A stretch of DNA of 64,000 bases from a bacterium (GCA_965200245.1 CBDATS010000004.1:64001-128000); one strand, 5' to 3'; shown: positions 9,063-20,282, numbered from the stretch's first letter. The notes: a model not told the origin generated them from the letters alone. Program-made: numbers and translations.

Positions 9063-9932
9063 TTATTCGGAGCGCAGTCTGGGGTCGAGTGTATCGCGCA
9101 CGGCGTCGCCGAAGAGGTTGAAGGCGAACACCGCGGCAGTGATGGCGAGTCCCGGAAAAACGGGAATCCACGGTGCGCTTTCGGCATATTCCTCCGCACC
9201 TCCCTGAAGCATCAGCCCCCAAGCGGGAGTGGGTTCCTGGACGCCCAGCCCGAGATAGGAGAGCGAGGCTTCGAGCAAGATGGCCCGACCGAGAAACGAA
9301 GTGAGCATGATCAGATACGGAGCCATGACGTTGGGAATCATGTGCCGACAGATGATGCGAACGTGCGCGAAACCCAGTGCGCGTGCGGCGTCCACGTAGG
9401 GAATTTCGCGAATCGCCAGCGCGCTCGATCGTACCACGCGGGCGCACCGAGGGATGAGCGGAATCGTGATTGCCAGGATCACGTTCTGCGTCCCCGTGCC
9501 GAATATGGAAACCACCGAGAGCGCCATGATGATGAGCGGAAACGAGATGAAAATATCCATGAAACGCTGGAAGATGAGGTCGAAGCGTCCACCGAAATAA
9601 GCGCTCCCCACGCCCAGGATGAGGCCTGCGGTGGAACCCAGGACGGAGGCCGAAAACCCCACGAAGAGCGCTGTTCTGGCACCGTAGACGATACGCGTAA
9701 AGATGTCGCGCCCGAACTGATCCGTCCCGAACCAGTGCGCGGCACCTGGTGCGAAGTGCATACTGTCAAAAGAATTCTGTACCGGGTCATAGAAGGTGAT
9801 GATCTCGGCAAAGGCGGCCAGAAGTATCATCACCAGGACGGAGCAGGCACTCACGGCACCCAGCGGTTTTTTCCGCGCCGTATCCTTGATCCTGTCAACC
9901 CATGAGCGTTCGGGAAGATTGTCGAAATCCAT
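9063..9932 (-). CDS. dppC: Peptide/nickel ABC transporter permease (DppC/OppC-like)
   Basis: HWFGTDQFGRDIFTRIVYGAR, YVDAARALG EAA loop, FNLFGDAVRDTLDPR; start uncertain (9932 or up to 9965). Confidence 0.9.
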   Translation of the reverse strand: MDFDNLPERSWVDRIKDTARKKPLGAVSACSVLVMILLAAFAEIITFYDPVQNSFDSMHFAPGAAHWFGTDQFGRDIFTRIVYGARTALFVGFSASVLGSTAGLILGVGSAYFGGRFDLIFQRFMDIFISFPLIIMALSVVSIFGTGTQNVILAITIPLIPRCARVVRSSALAIREIPYVDAARALGFAHVRIICRHMIPNVMAPYLIMLTSFLGRAILLEASLSYLGLGVQEPTPAWGLMLQGGAEEYAESAPWIPVFPGLAITAAVFAFNLFGDAVRDTLDPRLRSE

Positions 9933-9975
9933 TTCGGAGACGGCGAGGTTGCCCGGAGACGCGATGATCGATCTC

Positions 9976-10947
9976 CTAGCTGTAGCGTATGCGCGGGTCA
10001 AGCCACGCATAGAGAATATCGATGAACAGGTTCGTCAAGATGAAGACGACGGCCACGAGCATGACGAGGGATTGCGTCATGGTGTAGTCATGGTTCGTCA
10101 CCGATTCGACGAAGAGTTTTCCCAGGCCGTTGAGGTTGAAGACCTGCTCGGTCACCACCAGCCCGCCCATCAGGAAGGCGAATTCCAGGCCGATAATCGT
10201 CGCCACGGGCAAGAGCGAATTCTTGAGCGCATGGCGGTTGATGATGAGTTTCTCCAAAAGTCCCTTGGCGCGGGCGGTACGTACGTAATCCTCTCGCAGG
10301 ACTTCCAGCAGGGCCGAGCGCGTCATGCGCGTTGCGACGGCAGAATAGCGGTAGCCCGTCGCGACGGCCGGCCAGATGAGTTGGGAAATATTCGCCACCG
10401 GATCTTCCCATATCGGCGTGTAGTGAATCGGCGGCATCCAGGGGTTTCCAAAGAATTTCTGCGTCATGATCAAGAGGCCGAGGATAATCAGGATGCCCAG
10501 CCAGAAGGATGGCATGGCGATGCCTGCGATGCTGAACGAACGCACAACGTAGTCGATCCAGGTATCCTGTTTGATGGCGGAGATCGTGCCCAGCGGAATG
10601 GCAATGATGGTAGCCGTGAGCGTCGCCATGATGGCGACCTGAAGCGAAAGTTCGAAGCGCAGACCGATCTCATGCAGTATCGGTTTGCCCGTCCACATGG
10701 ATTTTCCCAAGTCGAACGTGAAGAATCCGGTAATGAAATCGATGAACTGCACGAAGATGGGTGCGTCTATCCCCAGATTCTTCTGGCACGTCGCTATCGC
10801 TTCCTTGTCCACGTACATGCCCGTGCCAGCCATGCGGAGTTCACACACGTCGCCGGGAATCAGGCGAAGCATGAAGAATACCAGCACCGCCGCTCCCAGC
10901 AGCGTAGGGAACATCAGCAGGATTCTCTTGATTGTGTACTTATACAC
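9976..10947 (-). CDS. dppB: Peptide/nickel ABC transporter permease (DppB/OppB-like)
   Basis: EDYVRTARAKGL, HALKNSLLP, DILYAWLDPRIRY. Confidence 0.93.
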   Translation of the reverse strand: MYKYTIKRILLMFPTLLGAAVLVFFMLRLIPGDVCELRMAGTGMYVDKEAIATCQKNLGIDAPIFVQFIDFITGFFTFDLGKSMWTGKPILHEIGLRFELSLQVAIMATLTATIIAIPLGTISAIKQDTWIDYVVRSFSIAGIAMPSFWLGILIILGLLIMTQKFFGNPWMPPIHYTPIWEDPVANISQLIWPAVATGYRYSAVATRMTRSALLEVLREDYVRTARAKGLLEKLIINRHALKNSLLPVATIIGLEFAFLMGGLVVTEQVFNLNGLGKLFVESVTNHDYTMTQSLVMLVAVVFILTNLFIDILYAWLDPRIRYS

Positions 10948-11010
10948 CTTTCGCGCCCTTGCATTTCAAACGATTGGCAACTCCCGGAACCGAAAACCCC
11001 AGGAAGCGTC

Positions 11011-11043
11011 TCCACCGTCGCCTGGTGTCCAGGCGACGGTGGA
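11011..11043 (-). terminator. Perfect 15-bp stem hairpin just after the SBP gene (mRNA stabiliser/attenuator)
   Basis: TCCACCGTCGCCTGG-TGT-CCAGGCGACGGTGGA. Confidence 0.6.
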
Positions 11044-11054
11044 AGTGATGCAGC

Positions 11055-12677
11055 CTATTTTTCGATCCAGACGTTGTCCAGGTGCTGGTTCAGGTAGTGG
11101 CTCGGCGCTATCTTCCAACCTTTCACATAGCTACGGTGTGGGTTGATCTTGTACCACCAGAGCGTCACGAATTGATGGGCCATCTCATCGAGTGCGCGCT
11201 TTTCGTACTTGCGCATGATGGCGCGCTGCTTGTTCACGTCGGGCTCGCGGTTCATCTGATCGTACCATTTGTCGAGCTGGCGATCGTGGTACTGCGCGTA
11301 CTGGTTGCCCGCCCTGTCGTCGGAGATGAATTTCGATACATCCACGAGCGGGTTAATGACCGACTGGCAGTTGAAGTCGATGGACACGTCGAAGTTCTTC
11401 TTCTTACGCAGCGTGGCATAGAAAGGTCCGGAGGGCTGCACCCACTGCTTGACCTTCAGGCCAATTTTGCGCCACTGGTCGATGACCCAGGTGCCCACAA
11501 CCTTATAGGGCTGGTCCACACCCCGGTTGTGCAAGGAGAACTCGAAGCCGCTCGGATAGCCAGCTTCTTTCAGCAGCCTTTTCGCCTCGGCGCGGGATTT
11601 GTTGATGTCCGGCCAGTAGCCGGCGATCTTGGTCAACTCCTCTTTCGTCGCCGCCAGAGGGTGTTTCGGGAAAACCACGCCGCCCACGGTCTTCACGATA
11701 GCGATGCGCGAGAGGTACTTCGATCCGCCCCAGCGATCGATTGCAAGCGTCAGTGCCCGGCGCACGCGTGCGTCGTCGAAGGGTTTGCGCTTGTGGTTGG
11801 GCGTCACCATGAGGTTGCAGTTCCAGTCGCTCTCCTGAACGGTGAGCTTGTCGCCCAGCGCTTTTTTCAGGTCGTCACGCGCCTTGGGCGGAAATCCGCG
11901 GAATTCGATGGCCGCGCGGTCGCCGCGGATGGCCTGGAGGCGGATCGCCATCTTGGGCGCAGAGATCGCTCGGTAGCCGTCGAGATAGGGTTTGCCCTTG
12001 TGGTGATATTTCTCATAGCGTTTGCCCTCGACGAATGCGCCCGGCTGGTGCTGCACGAAGCGGAACGCGCCCGTGCCGTTCACGTTCTTCTGGTGCCATT
12101 TGTAACCGTGCTTGTCGAGGTCAGCCTTCGAGTAGATGAAGTTGTAGGGCAGCGCCAGCGCAGGGACGAAGGCACCTGTGGGATATTTCAGCTTGAACAC
12201 CAGCGTCCGGGCGTCGGGTGCGGTGACTGATTTCACCATGCTGAAGAAAGCCTTGCGGTTGCTCTCAATGCCTTTCGGCGGATTGACAATCTTGTCATAC
12301 GTCGCCTTCACGTCCGCCGAGGTGAGTTTCTGGCCGTTGTGGAACGAGATGTCGTCGCGGATCTTGAAGGTGTACTTCGTGTGTCCTTCGGTCGGCTTCG
12401 GTACGCCACCTTCACACACATCGCAGACGAAATCCGTCGGTGATGCAGGGTTGTCGGGATTCACTCGAATTAAAAGGCTGTAAAAGGGACGAATGGGGTG
12501 AATCATCCCGAAAGTGGATTCGATATGGCCGTCGTAAGAGGGAATCTTGCTTCCGACGACAAACTTGAGCGTGCCACCCTTCTTGGGAGCCGCTCCGGCG
12601 GGCGGGGCAAAGCTCCACGCCGCCAGGGCGAGCAGTGACGCCCCTACAACCAGGAATACAAAACGAGTCTTCCACAT
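11055..12677 (-). CDS. ABC transporter substrate-binding protein, family 5
   Basis: Signal peptide, PKKGGTLK, FHNGQKLTSADVKAT, GTGAFRF, PFDDARVRRAL. Confidence 0.92.
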   Translation of the reverse strand: MWKTRFVFLVVGASLLALAAWSFAPPAGAAPKKGGTLKFVVGSKIPSYDGHIESTFGMIHPIRPFYSLLIRVNPDNPASPTDFVCDVCEGGVPKPTEGHTKYTFKIRDDISFHNGQKLTSADVKATYDKIVNPPKGIESNRKAFFSMVKSVTAPDARTLVFKLKYPTGAFVPALALPYNFIYSKADLDKHGYKWHQKNVNGTGAFRFVQHQPGAFVEGKRYEKYHHKGKPYLDGYRAISAPKMAIRLQAIRGDRAAIEFRGFPPKARDDLKKALGDKLTVQESDWNCNLMVTPNHKRKPFDDARVRRALTLAIDRWGGSKYLSRIAIVKTVGGVVFPKHPLAATKEELTKIAGYWPDINKSRAEAKRLLKEAGYPSGFEFSLHNRGVDQPYKVVGTWVIDQWRKIGLKVKQWVQPSGPFYATLRKKKNFDVSIDFNCQSVINPLVDVSKFISDDRAGNQYAQYHDRQLDKWYDQMNREPDVNKQRAIMRKYEKRALDEMAHQFVTLWWYKINPHRSYVKGWKIAPSHYLNQHLDNVWIEK

Positions 12678-12752
12678 AAGAAATCTCCTTTAGGTGCTCC
12701 GTAGAAATAAATACACCTCGAATCGCAGAACGAAACAGCGTCTTCAAGAATC

Positions 12753-13787
12753 TCATACTTCCGTACAGGCCACCCAATGGCCTGGTTTTATCTCCCGTAA
12801 TACAGGAATTTCCCTCGAACAATTCTCCACGGCGACCGGGCATCGGGGATGAAACACGCAGCCCGAAGGCGGATTTATCGGGCTCGGTACCTCTCCCGTG
12901 ACAATTCTGATGTCCCGTCCCTGCTCGACCTCCGGATCCGGCACCGGAACGGCTGAAAGCAAAGCCCTCGTATAGGGATGCATGGGATTATCGTACAACT
13001 CATCGCAATCCGCCAACTCCACGATTCGGCCCAGGTACATCACAGCCACGCGGTGGCAGAGGTGTCGAACCACACTCAAATCGTGCGCAATGAACAGATA
13101 GGTGAGGTTGTACTCGCCCCTCAAATCCTCGAGCAAATTGATGATCTGGGCCTGGATGGAAACGTCGAGGGCAGAGACGGGCTCGTCGCAGATGATGAAT
13201 TCGGGCTTGAGGCTCAAAGCGCGGGCGATTCCCACGCGCTGGCGCTGTCCGCCGCTCATCTCGTGGGGATACCTGTCCGCCATCTTGGGGTTGAGGCCAC
13301 ATACGCTGAGCAGTTCGTTGATTCTTTGTTTTCTCTTCCTGGCGTCGGGTTCTATGCCATGGACGTACATGGGCTCGTCAATCATTTCGCCGATCTTCAT
13401 GCGCGGGTTCAGCGAACTGCAGGGATCCTGGAAGATGACCTGAATTCTCTGCCGGTATTCACGCAGCGCCACGTGATCGAGTTTCGCAAGGTCCACGCCC
13501 TCGAAAAAAATCTCGCCTTCCGTGGGGCGTTCGAGCTGGAGGATGCACCTGCCCGTCGTCGTCTTGCCGCAGCCGCTCTCGCCCACGAGACCGAGCGTCT
13601 CGCCACGTCTGATGTGTAAATCCACGCCGTCGACTGCCTTCACGAGGCCGACGACCTTGTTGAATACAATCCCCTCGGTGATGGGAAAGTACATCTTGAG
13701 TCCCTTGACTTCCACGAGCACCTTCCCCGCCTCTCCGTTGCGGGAGAGTCGGGTGTGGCTTTCCAAGACGGGCGCGTCGGGAGTCAT
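12753..13787 (-). CDS. dppF: Oligopeptide ABC transporter ATP-binding protein (DppF/OppF-like)
   Basis: GESGCGKT Walker [20 protein letters not shown]-terminal GCVFHPRC...ACT. Confidence 0.93.
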   Translation of the reverse strand: MTPDAPVLESHTRLSRNGEAGKVLVEVKGLKMYFPITEGIVFNKVVGLVKAVDGVDLHIRRGETLGLVGESGCGKTTTGRCILQLERPTEGEIFFEGVDLAKLDHVALREYRQRIQVIFQDPCSSLNPRMKIGEMIDEPMYVHGIEPDARKRKQRINELLSVCGLNPKMADRYPHEMSGGQRQRVGIARALSLKPEFIICDEPVSALDVSIQAQIINLLEDLRGEYNLTYLFIAHDLSVVRHLCHRVAVMYLGRIVELADCDELYDNPMHPYTRALLSAVPVPDPEVEQGRDIRIVTGEVPSPINPPSGCVFHPRCPVAVENCSREIPVLREIKPGHWVACTEV

Positions 13788-13791
13788 CCTC

Positions 13792-14781
13792 TTATCCTCT
13801 CATCGTTTCGAGGTTTTCTTTTTCCCAGCAAGCCGATAGATGGCCGTTTCCCACCATCTCAAGCGGCGGAATCTCACTCGCGCACCTGTCCACGACGAAC
13901 TTGCACCGGGGCAGAAAAGAACAGCCCCCGCCCAGCCGCGTGAGGTCGGGCGGCTGTCCGTCGATGGGGTCAAGGCGCTTTTGTCTGGGCTGATCGAGTC
14001 TCGGCACCGAACTCAGCAACCCCAAGGTGTATGGATGCCTCGGTTCACGGTAAATGTCAGCCGCCAGACCGCGTTCAATGATCTTTCCGGCGTACATGAC
14101 GTTCACGCGATCCGCGTAGCGGGCCACCACGCCGAGGTTGTGTGTAATGATGATGAGCGCGACGCCCATGCGTTTGGTGAGGTCTTTCATCAACTCCAGA
14201 ATCTGAGCCTGAATGGTGACGTCCAGGGCCGTCGTCGGCTCATCAGCGATGATGAGCTTGGGCTCGCAGCAAAGCGCCATCGCTATCATCACTCTCTGGC
14301 GCATCCCACCGCTCAGGTGGTGCGGGTATTGCCGGAGGCGCCGCTCGGGCTCGGAGATACCCACCAAGCGAAGATATTCGACTGCTTTTTTCTCCGCATC
14401 GGCCCTATCCATGCCGAGATGGTGTTCCATGGTCTCGGTAAGTTGCAGCCCGATGGTCAGAACGGGGTTCAGGGAAGTCATGGGTTCCTGGAAAATCATG
14501 CCAATCTGTCGACCCCGGATGTCTCTGATCTGCATGTCGTCGAACTGAAGCAGATCGTGATCCTGAAAACGTATTGCTCCGCCCACGATGCGGCCAGGTG
14601 GATTGGGGATGAGACCCAGAATGGAGAGTGCACTGACGGATTTCCCACAGCCCGACTCGCCGACTATCGCCACCGTCTCGCCTTCCTCCACGTCATAGGA
14701 GATGCCGTTGACAGCTTTAACGATGCCGGAGGAGGTGAAAAAATGCGTTCTCAAGTCTTCGATTTCAAGAAGCGCGCTCAA
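13792..14781 (-). CDS. dppD: Oligopeptide ABC transporter ATP-binding protein (DppD/OppD-like)
   Basis: [32 protein letters not shown]. Confidence 0.93.
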   Translation of the reverse strand: MSALLEIEDLRTHFFTSSGIVKAVNGISYDVEEGETVAIVGESGCGKSVSALSILGLIPNPPGRIVGGAIRFQDHDLLQFDDMQIRDIRGRQIGMIFQEPMTSLNPVLTIGLQLTETMEHHLGMDRADAEKKAVEYLRLVGISEPERRLRQYPHHLSGGMRQRVMIAMALCCEPKLIIADEPTTALDVTIQAQILELMKDLTKRMGVALIIITHNLGVVARYADRVNVMYAGKIIERGLAADIYREPRHPYTLGLLSSVPRLDQPRQKRLDPIDGQPPDLTRLGGGCSFLPRCKFVVDRCASEIPPLEMVGNGHLSACWEKENLETMRG

Positions 14782-14963
14782 AAATCCCTACCCTTCCAAA
14801 ACCAACCGATACAAATCGCAAAAATGTTATTTATTCTCGGGGGAATCCAAAGTGCCGAGAACCCTAAATATTGTTGAATGCAAAGTCAAACGCCAATTTT
14901 TATCTTTTGTGAGACCTTTCTCCGGAATTGCATGGATACCCGAAACGCTGCGCAAGCATCGTT

Positions 14964-17060
14964 TCAGGTGATGATGAGGGCATCGGCCACCAGGCATCCC
15001 CTACCCTTCTCGCGCAAGAAAACGGGGTTCAAATCCATTTCCTTGATTTGCTTGCGATAGGCGAAAGTGGCGTCTCCCAAGAGGCAGATGATCTCGCCGA
15101 GGGCTTTGACATCCAGTGGCCTGCGGCTACGGTGGCACCTGAAAATATCCCTGCACCGGAGTTCGTCAATCATATCGCAGGCGTCATCGAGCAAAAGAGG
15201 TGCCGTTCGCGCGCTCACGTCTCCCAGGAGTTCCACGTCTCTCCCGCCGAGACCGACTGTCACTATCGGGCCGAACTGTGGATCTCGCTTTACCCCAAGG
15301 ATGAACTCGACACCGTCCATCACTTGCTCCTGAAGCAGATAACCTTCCAGCGCACACTCCTCCCGGAGACTCGCGATCTCTGCGAGCGCGCCTTCGAGAG
15401 ACACCTCATCGCCGAGACCTGTTTTGACCAGCCCCCATTCCGACTTGTGGTGAATCGTCGAGGACACACCCTTCAATACCAGCGGAAAGTGCAGGTCGTG
15501 GGCCGCAAACCGTGCTTCCTCGATCGTCCGGCAGAATCGATGGGCCACAACAGGCAATCCGAAATCAAGAGCGAGCGCCAGAGATTTCGCCTCGTTCAGC
15601 GCCCCTGCGTCAGACAGTCTTTCCGCAATCGAGGGAGACGGCACAACACTGGCAGGAGGCGCGCCCTTCGCTTTTCTCCTCAGAATTTTTGCATACCGCA
15701 CTAGGGCCTCCGCCGCGCGGGCACAGCCGGAAATCGATTGAAAAGAAGCGATTCCCTCTCTGGCCAGAAGCCTGTGCGCATCCTCGGCATGGGGATTGAA
15801 ATAGGTCAGCATGGAAACGCCGGGATTCGTCGGCTTGAGTCTTACGATGGGTTCCACCCCCATCTCGGGCTTGAACTGCGCGCTTGAACCCACAATGGAG
15901 ATCACTGTATCGAACGATCCGCTACCCAGAAAAGATTCGAGAAAATCCGAATAGAGATGAATGTCCGCGATGGTGGTATCGAGCGGATTCACTATCCGCC
16001 CGAATCCGGGGTATTTTGCCTTGAGCCGGGCATGGAGAGCCTCATCCACCTCGGCGACTTCCAAGCCGAGTGCACCGCATTTATCGGCCATCAAGGCGCC
16101 CGCCCCGCCCGTCGTCGTAACGATTCCTACCCTTTCCCCTTCCGGGAGCTTCGAGACGCAGAACATATGGGCAACCTCGAAAAGTGCCTCCAGATCATCC
16201 ACCTGTGTGACGCCCCATCCCCGAAAGAGCGCCTTGTACACCCTGTTCTCCCCCACCATGGCCCCCGTGTGGCTCAAGGCCGCCTTCGCGCCCTCGCGCG
16301 CCTCACCCAGTTTGAGAACAACCAGAGGCTTTTCTCGCTGCAGGGCCTTTGTGAGAACTTTTTTGAGTTTCTCACCTTCGCGCACCCCCTCGAGATAAAC
16401 TGCAATGGCGCGGGTCTGGGGGTCGTCGATCAGATAGTCGAGGTAATCAGAAACTTCCAGATCCATTTCGTTCCCGCAGGAGATGAGATGGCTGAACCCG
16501 ATGCCGCGCTGTGTTGCGCGCGAAAGCAGCGCGCCGCCGATACTTCCGCTTTGACAGACCACGCCAATGTTGCCGGGCAACATCTCCTCAACGTCGAGCG
16601 CGATCAGGCCCGCGAGGTGGAAGTTGTGATGAAAGTTGTGCACGCCCGCCGTGTTTGGCCCGCATACGCGGATTCCGGAATCCCGTGCGATGCGCTGAAT
16701 TTCGGCTTCCAGACGCGTGCCCGTCTCATCCGATTCGGAAAATCCTCCTGTGTAGATGATGGCTGCTCCCACCCCTGCACCGGAGCATTCGGCCAACACG
16801 CCCGCCACACGCTCTCGTCCCACGGTGATGAAGGCGACATCCGGTATCTCGGGCAGCGCATCAAGACTCGGCGAACAGCACAGACCAGCCACATTTTCAT
16901 ATTTGGGGTTTACGGGATAGACCCGGCCCGCAAAGCCATGGCGCAGGAGATTCTTCACCACGCGGCCATTGAATTGCTCCAGGTTCGCCGACGCCCCGAC
17001 GATGGCTATTGATTCAGGTTTCAGAAGGCGCGCAAGGCTCTCTGCGGTTGTGGTCTGCAT
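14964..17060 (-). CDS. Acetate--CoA ligase (ADP-forming) family acyl-CoA synthetase
   Basis: SIAIVGAS CoA-binding domain, GPNT, QSG, phospho-His SHTGA, C-terminal ATP-grasp (HKSE, EMDLNP). Confidence 0.9.
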   Translation of the reverse strand: MQTTTAESLARLLKPESIAIVGASANLEQFNGRVVKNLLRHGFAGRVYPVNPKYENVAGLCCSPSLDALPEIPDVAFITVGRERVAGVLAECSGAGVGAAIIYTGGFSESDETGTRLEAEIQRIARDSGIRVCGPNTAGVHNFHHNFHLAGLIALDVEEMLPGNIGVVCQSGSIGGALLSRATQRGIGFSHLISCGNEMDLEVSDYLDYLIDDPQTRAIAVYLEGVREGEKLKKVLTKALQREKPLVVLKLGEAREGAKAALSHTGAMVGENRVYKALFRGWGVTQVDDLEALFEVAHMFCVSKLPEGERVGIVTTTGGAGALMADKCGALGLEVAEVDEALHARLKAKYPGFGRIVNPLDTTIADIHLYSDFLESFLGSGSFDTVISIVGSSAQFKPEMGVEPIVRLKPTNPGVSMLTYFNPHAEDAHRLLAREGIASFQSISGCARAAEALVRYAKILRRKAKGAPPASVVPSPSIAERLSDAGALNEAKSLALALDFGLPVVAHRFCRTIEEARFAAHDLHFPLVLKGVSSTIHHKSEWGLVKTGLGDEVSLEGALAEIASLREECALEGYLLQEQVMDGVEFILGVKRDPQFGPIVTVGLGGRDVELLGDVSARTAPLLLDDACDMIDELRCRDIFRCHRSRRPLDVKALGEIICLLGDATFAYRKQIKEMDLNPVFLREKGRGCLVADALIIT

Positions 17061-17097
17061 GGTCAGGAAAATTCCCTAAAACTCATGGCGGATAAAA

Positions 17098-18249
17098 TTA
17101 CGCTTTCGGCGGACGCTGGCTGAAAGGGCGCTCGTAGATGAGGGAGGCCAGGCGGTTTCTCAGAATCTCTGTGGACCCCCCCGCGATGGACCATCCGCGA
17201 ATCTTGCGGTAGAGAAACTCCAGTGGCATTCCGGTCGAAAAGCCATATCCACCGTGAAGCTGAATGGCGTCATCCGCCACTTGGCGCGCCATTTCGTTGC
17301 AGTAGAGTTTGGCGCTCGTCGTCTCCATTGCCGAGGGCAAGCCCGCGCGCGCGTTCGAGAGCGCCCGATAAAGAAGCAGGCGCGCCGCTTCGAGCTTCAC
17401 CCGCATGTCCGCCACCATCCATTGCACTCCCTGAAACTCGCAAAGGGGGCGGCCGAACTGGCGCCTCTCGCTGGTGTGGGCGACCGTCATATCGTAGGCC
17501 GCCTGCGCCAGGGCGAGACAGCGCGTGGCGTTTCCAAGACGCTCCACGTTGAACACGGGCATGAGCACCCGGAAACCCTCCTTATCGACCAGCACGTTCT
17601 CTATCGGCACGCGCGCGTTCTCGAAGTGAAGTGCGCAGTGCGCCTCCCCGCTCATGTAGTGTTCGGTCATTCCCTTCGTGAAGCCAGGCGTTCCCGTTTC
17701 CACCACGACGGCTCCGCAATCGCGCGTCCTGGGGCCGAAGCGGACGTAGACGACGAACAAGTCCGCGTGCGGGGCGTTTGAACTGAAGCATTTCTGGCCG
17801 TTGATGAGCACGCTCTCGCCGTCATATTCCGCCGTCGTTTGCAAGTCCGTGGCCGCCGAACCGGCGTCCGGCTCCGTCATGCTGATGGAAATGATTTTCT
17901 CCCCCCGACAAATCGGTGGCAGGAAGCGTTCTTTTTGTTCGGCAGAGCCCAACTCGTCAATCACACGGATGGGCCCCATATTCCCCATCTGCACTACATC
18001 GCCGCTGTGGGGACACACTTGAGAAACCGCCTCCATGACCAGGCAAGCCTCGAAAATCGATTGCCCTCCTCCATGTGGCTCGGCCACCGTCATCCCCATC
18101 ATCCCGTGCTCGGCCAGCACCTTCATCGAGCGTCTGGGATATTCGCCCGTTCTCGCATAGGAGAAGGCATCCGCAGCAAACTCTCTCAAGGCGAGTTCCC
18201 GGGCCGTCTGCCGGAACAGTCGGTCCGATTCTTCGAGCCTGAAATCCAC
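17098..18249 (-). CDS. Acyl-CoA dehydrogenase
   Basis: MTEPDAGS, NGQKCF, ERRQFGRPL, AIQLHGGYG, IAGGSTEI. Confidence 0.93.
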   Translation of the reverse strand: MDFRLEESDRLFRQTARELALREFAADAFSYARTGEYPRRSMKVLAEHGMMGMTVAEPHGGGQSIFEACLVMEAVSQVCPHSGDVVQMGNMGPIRVIDELGSAEQKERFLPPICRGEKIISISMTEPDAGSAATDLQTTAEYDGESVLINGQKCFSSNAPHADLFVVYVRFGPRTRDCGAVVVETGTPGFTKGMTEHYMSGEAHCALHFENARVPIENVLVDKEGFRVLMPVFNVERLGNATRCLALAQAAYDMTVAHTSERRQFGRPLCEFQGVQWMVADMRVKLEAARLLLYRALSNARAGLPSAMETTSAKLYCNEMARQVADDAIQLHGGYGFSTGMPLEFLYRKIRGWSIAGGSTEILRNRLASLIYERPFSQRPPKA

Positions 18250-19203
18250 GTAACTTCCCCTTCAGTCCATTCAGATGATACCGCGGCGAAATTCCAAATG
18301 CGTCCCCCGACCAGGCGGAGCATTCCTCCAAGACACGCGCGACGGCCCCAAGTTTTACAACACTTTCGATTTTAGGGCGAGGCGACATGCATGCCGGCAC
18401 AGTAGCTCTGGTACGGCAGCATCCCCGCTGATTCCGCTTTGACCGCCACCTGAATCGCTCGACAACTCCCGGATCCATCACCTGCCCAAGAGTCTGTGAT
18501 GACAGCACAAAAGAAGCCTGATTCCACGTCGGTTTCCTAGCTCCCTCATCCAATACTCCACATGTGGACGCCACGGTTGATGCAGGAATGTCGTTTGAAC
18601 GGTTCTGGGTCTTTTCTTTGGCCAGGGGCCGTGTCGTGTGTCCGGCCTCCTGATGCGGCGAGTCACAAGCCGCTGGCCCGGCGCGCAGCTGGTCCGGCTT
18701 GATGATGCGAACCGGAAAGCTCTCCGTCGCATCCGGGTTTTCCCGCTCCCGTCCCGTTGATCGTTTCCCTTTCCCGCTCTTCCGACCCGCTTACATTCCC
18801 GGATGTATCCATATACCAGCGGTTTGGACAGTGGGCACCGGCTTCTTTCTCCCCCGAATGAGCGAGGTGCGCATGATATTCCTCAGAATGACGACTATCG
18901 TGCCGGACGCGCGCTGTCTCAGACTCATCTGGACCATGACGGCAGGGCTCTCTGCGGCACTGAACAATCATCCGACGCCCGACCTCGCCTGGTGATCTGT
19001 ACCTATACTGATTCCACCATGTCTACACGAAATGCATAAGCTCGCTGGCCATTCTCCGAACGGAAAAACGACTCTGCCATCACGACTCAGAGATTTGTAA
19101 TCACGAAATTCATTCCCCCCTGAACTCTTTTTCTTTGAATATTCACCGACTTTCAGATATTTTGGAAAAAGCAAACGAACACTAGGAAAGAGGAGAACGG
19201 ACA

Positions 19204-19704
19204 ATGAATAAACCGTTTGTCGGAATTGTCCTTGCCTTGATGATTCTCGCTTGTTTCGCGCATGTCGCAGAAACGGCAGAGAGCGGAAGCTTCCGCCTCA
19301 TCGAAAACCACAGGCACGAGTTCAGCGTGATGGAACACGCTGACGCCAAGGTCACTGCAGGTCCGATGCACGGAACCGCCACTGTCGTCAAAAGCAGTGG
19401 AGGCCTCTTCGAAGAGGGTGAACACTATATTTCCACTTGCCTGGTCTACGCGCGACGCTCTCGGTTGGGTCTCGACCTGGAATCGGCTTGCAAGTTCACC
19501 AACAATGAAAAAGAGACATTCTACGCCCTGGCCCGGAGGCGAGCGGGCGACACAAAATCGGGTGGTGGCGGCAAGGGCGTCCAGAAACTCATTGGCGGTA
19601 CAGGGAAATACTCAGGCCTGGCCGGAGAATGTCCCTACACCAGCAAGTATCTGCCAGGCAAATGGATTGTTTCTACGGGAGATTGCACATGGAGCAAGCA
19701 ATGA
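19204..19704 (+). CDS. Secreted small beta-barrel hypothetical protein (paralog 1)
   Basis: Signal peptide ending AETA-ES; GGTGKYSGLAGEC motif; 4 conserved Cys; RBS GAGGAG. Confidence 0.75.
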   Translation: MNKPFVGIVLALMILACFAHVAETAESGSFRLIENHRHEFSVMEHADAKVTAGPMHGTATVVKSSGGLFEEGEHYISTCLVYARRSRLGLDLESACKFTNNEKETFYALARRRAGDTKSGGGGKGVQKLIGGTGKYSGLAGECPYTSKYLPGKWIVSTGDCTWSKQ

Positions 19705-19772
19705 TGCCCTGGAGGCTGCGTGGTACTGCCATCTTTCGGACAATGAATCGCATATAACCGGAGATTGCGAAA

Positions 19773-20282
19773 ATGAAAAAACTTGTCCACAGAACCTTCC
19801 TCGCGCTGGTTGTCGCGACCGCCATCGTTTGCGCCGTACCGCTGGCCTCGGCTGCCGAAAGCGGCACGTTCAAACTTCAAGGGTCATACCAACACAATTA
19901 CACTGTGCTGGACTTCGCCGGGTCGAAGATCACCTCGGGTTCGATAGCCGGAACGAGCACCATCATCATGAGTAGAGGCGGCCCATTCACAAAGGGAGAA
20001 CATTACAATGCCGCTTGCGCGGTTTACTCAAAACGCTCCGCCACAGAATTTGATCTCGAAGCTCCCTGCATCCTGTCCAGCAAAGCGGGCGACAAGATAT
20101 ATTTGATGGCGAAGAGACGCAGCGGCAACCTCAAGACGGGCGGCGGCGGCAAGGGCACCCACAAGATAATGGGTGGTACGGGGAAATACGCGGGCATGAC
20201 CGGAACCTGCTCCTACACAACCGCTTATCTGCCAGACCGATGGCTGGTCGTGTCTTCCGACTGTAAGTGGAGCAAGCCCTGA
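19773..20282 (+). CDS. Secreted small beta-barrel hypothetical protein (paralog 2)
   Basis: Signal peptide ending ASA-AES; GGTGKYAGMTGTC; colinear with 19204..19704, both end in DCxWSK. Confidence 0.78.
   Translation: MKKLVHRTFLALVVATAIVCAVPLASAAESGTFKLQGSYQHNYTVLDFAGSKITSGSIAGTSTIIMSRGGPFTKGEHYNAACAVYSKRSATEFDLEAPCILSSKAGDKIYLMAKRRSGNLKTGGGGKGTHKIMGGTGKYAGMTGTCSYTTAYLPDRWLVVSSDCKWSKP

Noticed and set aside
8548-9447. 299-aa and 198-aa (20702..21298) extended versions of the NHLP ORFs
   Set aside because: The extensions run through the promoter and TIR and differ beyond the repeat edge. The real start is the RBS-preceded ATG at 8808/20962, matching the paralog at 50669.
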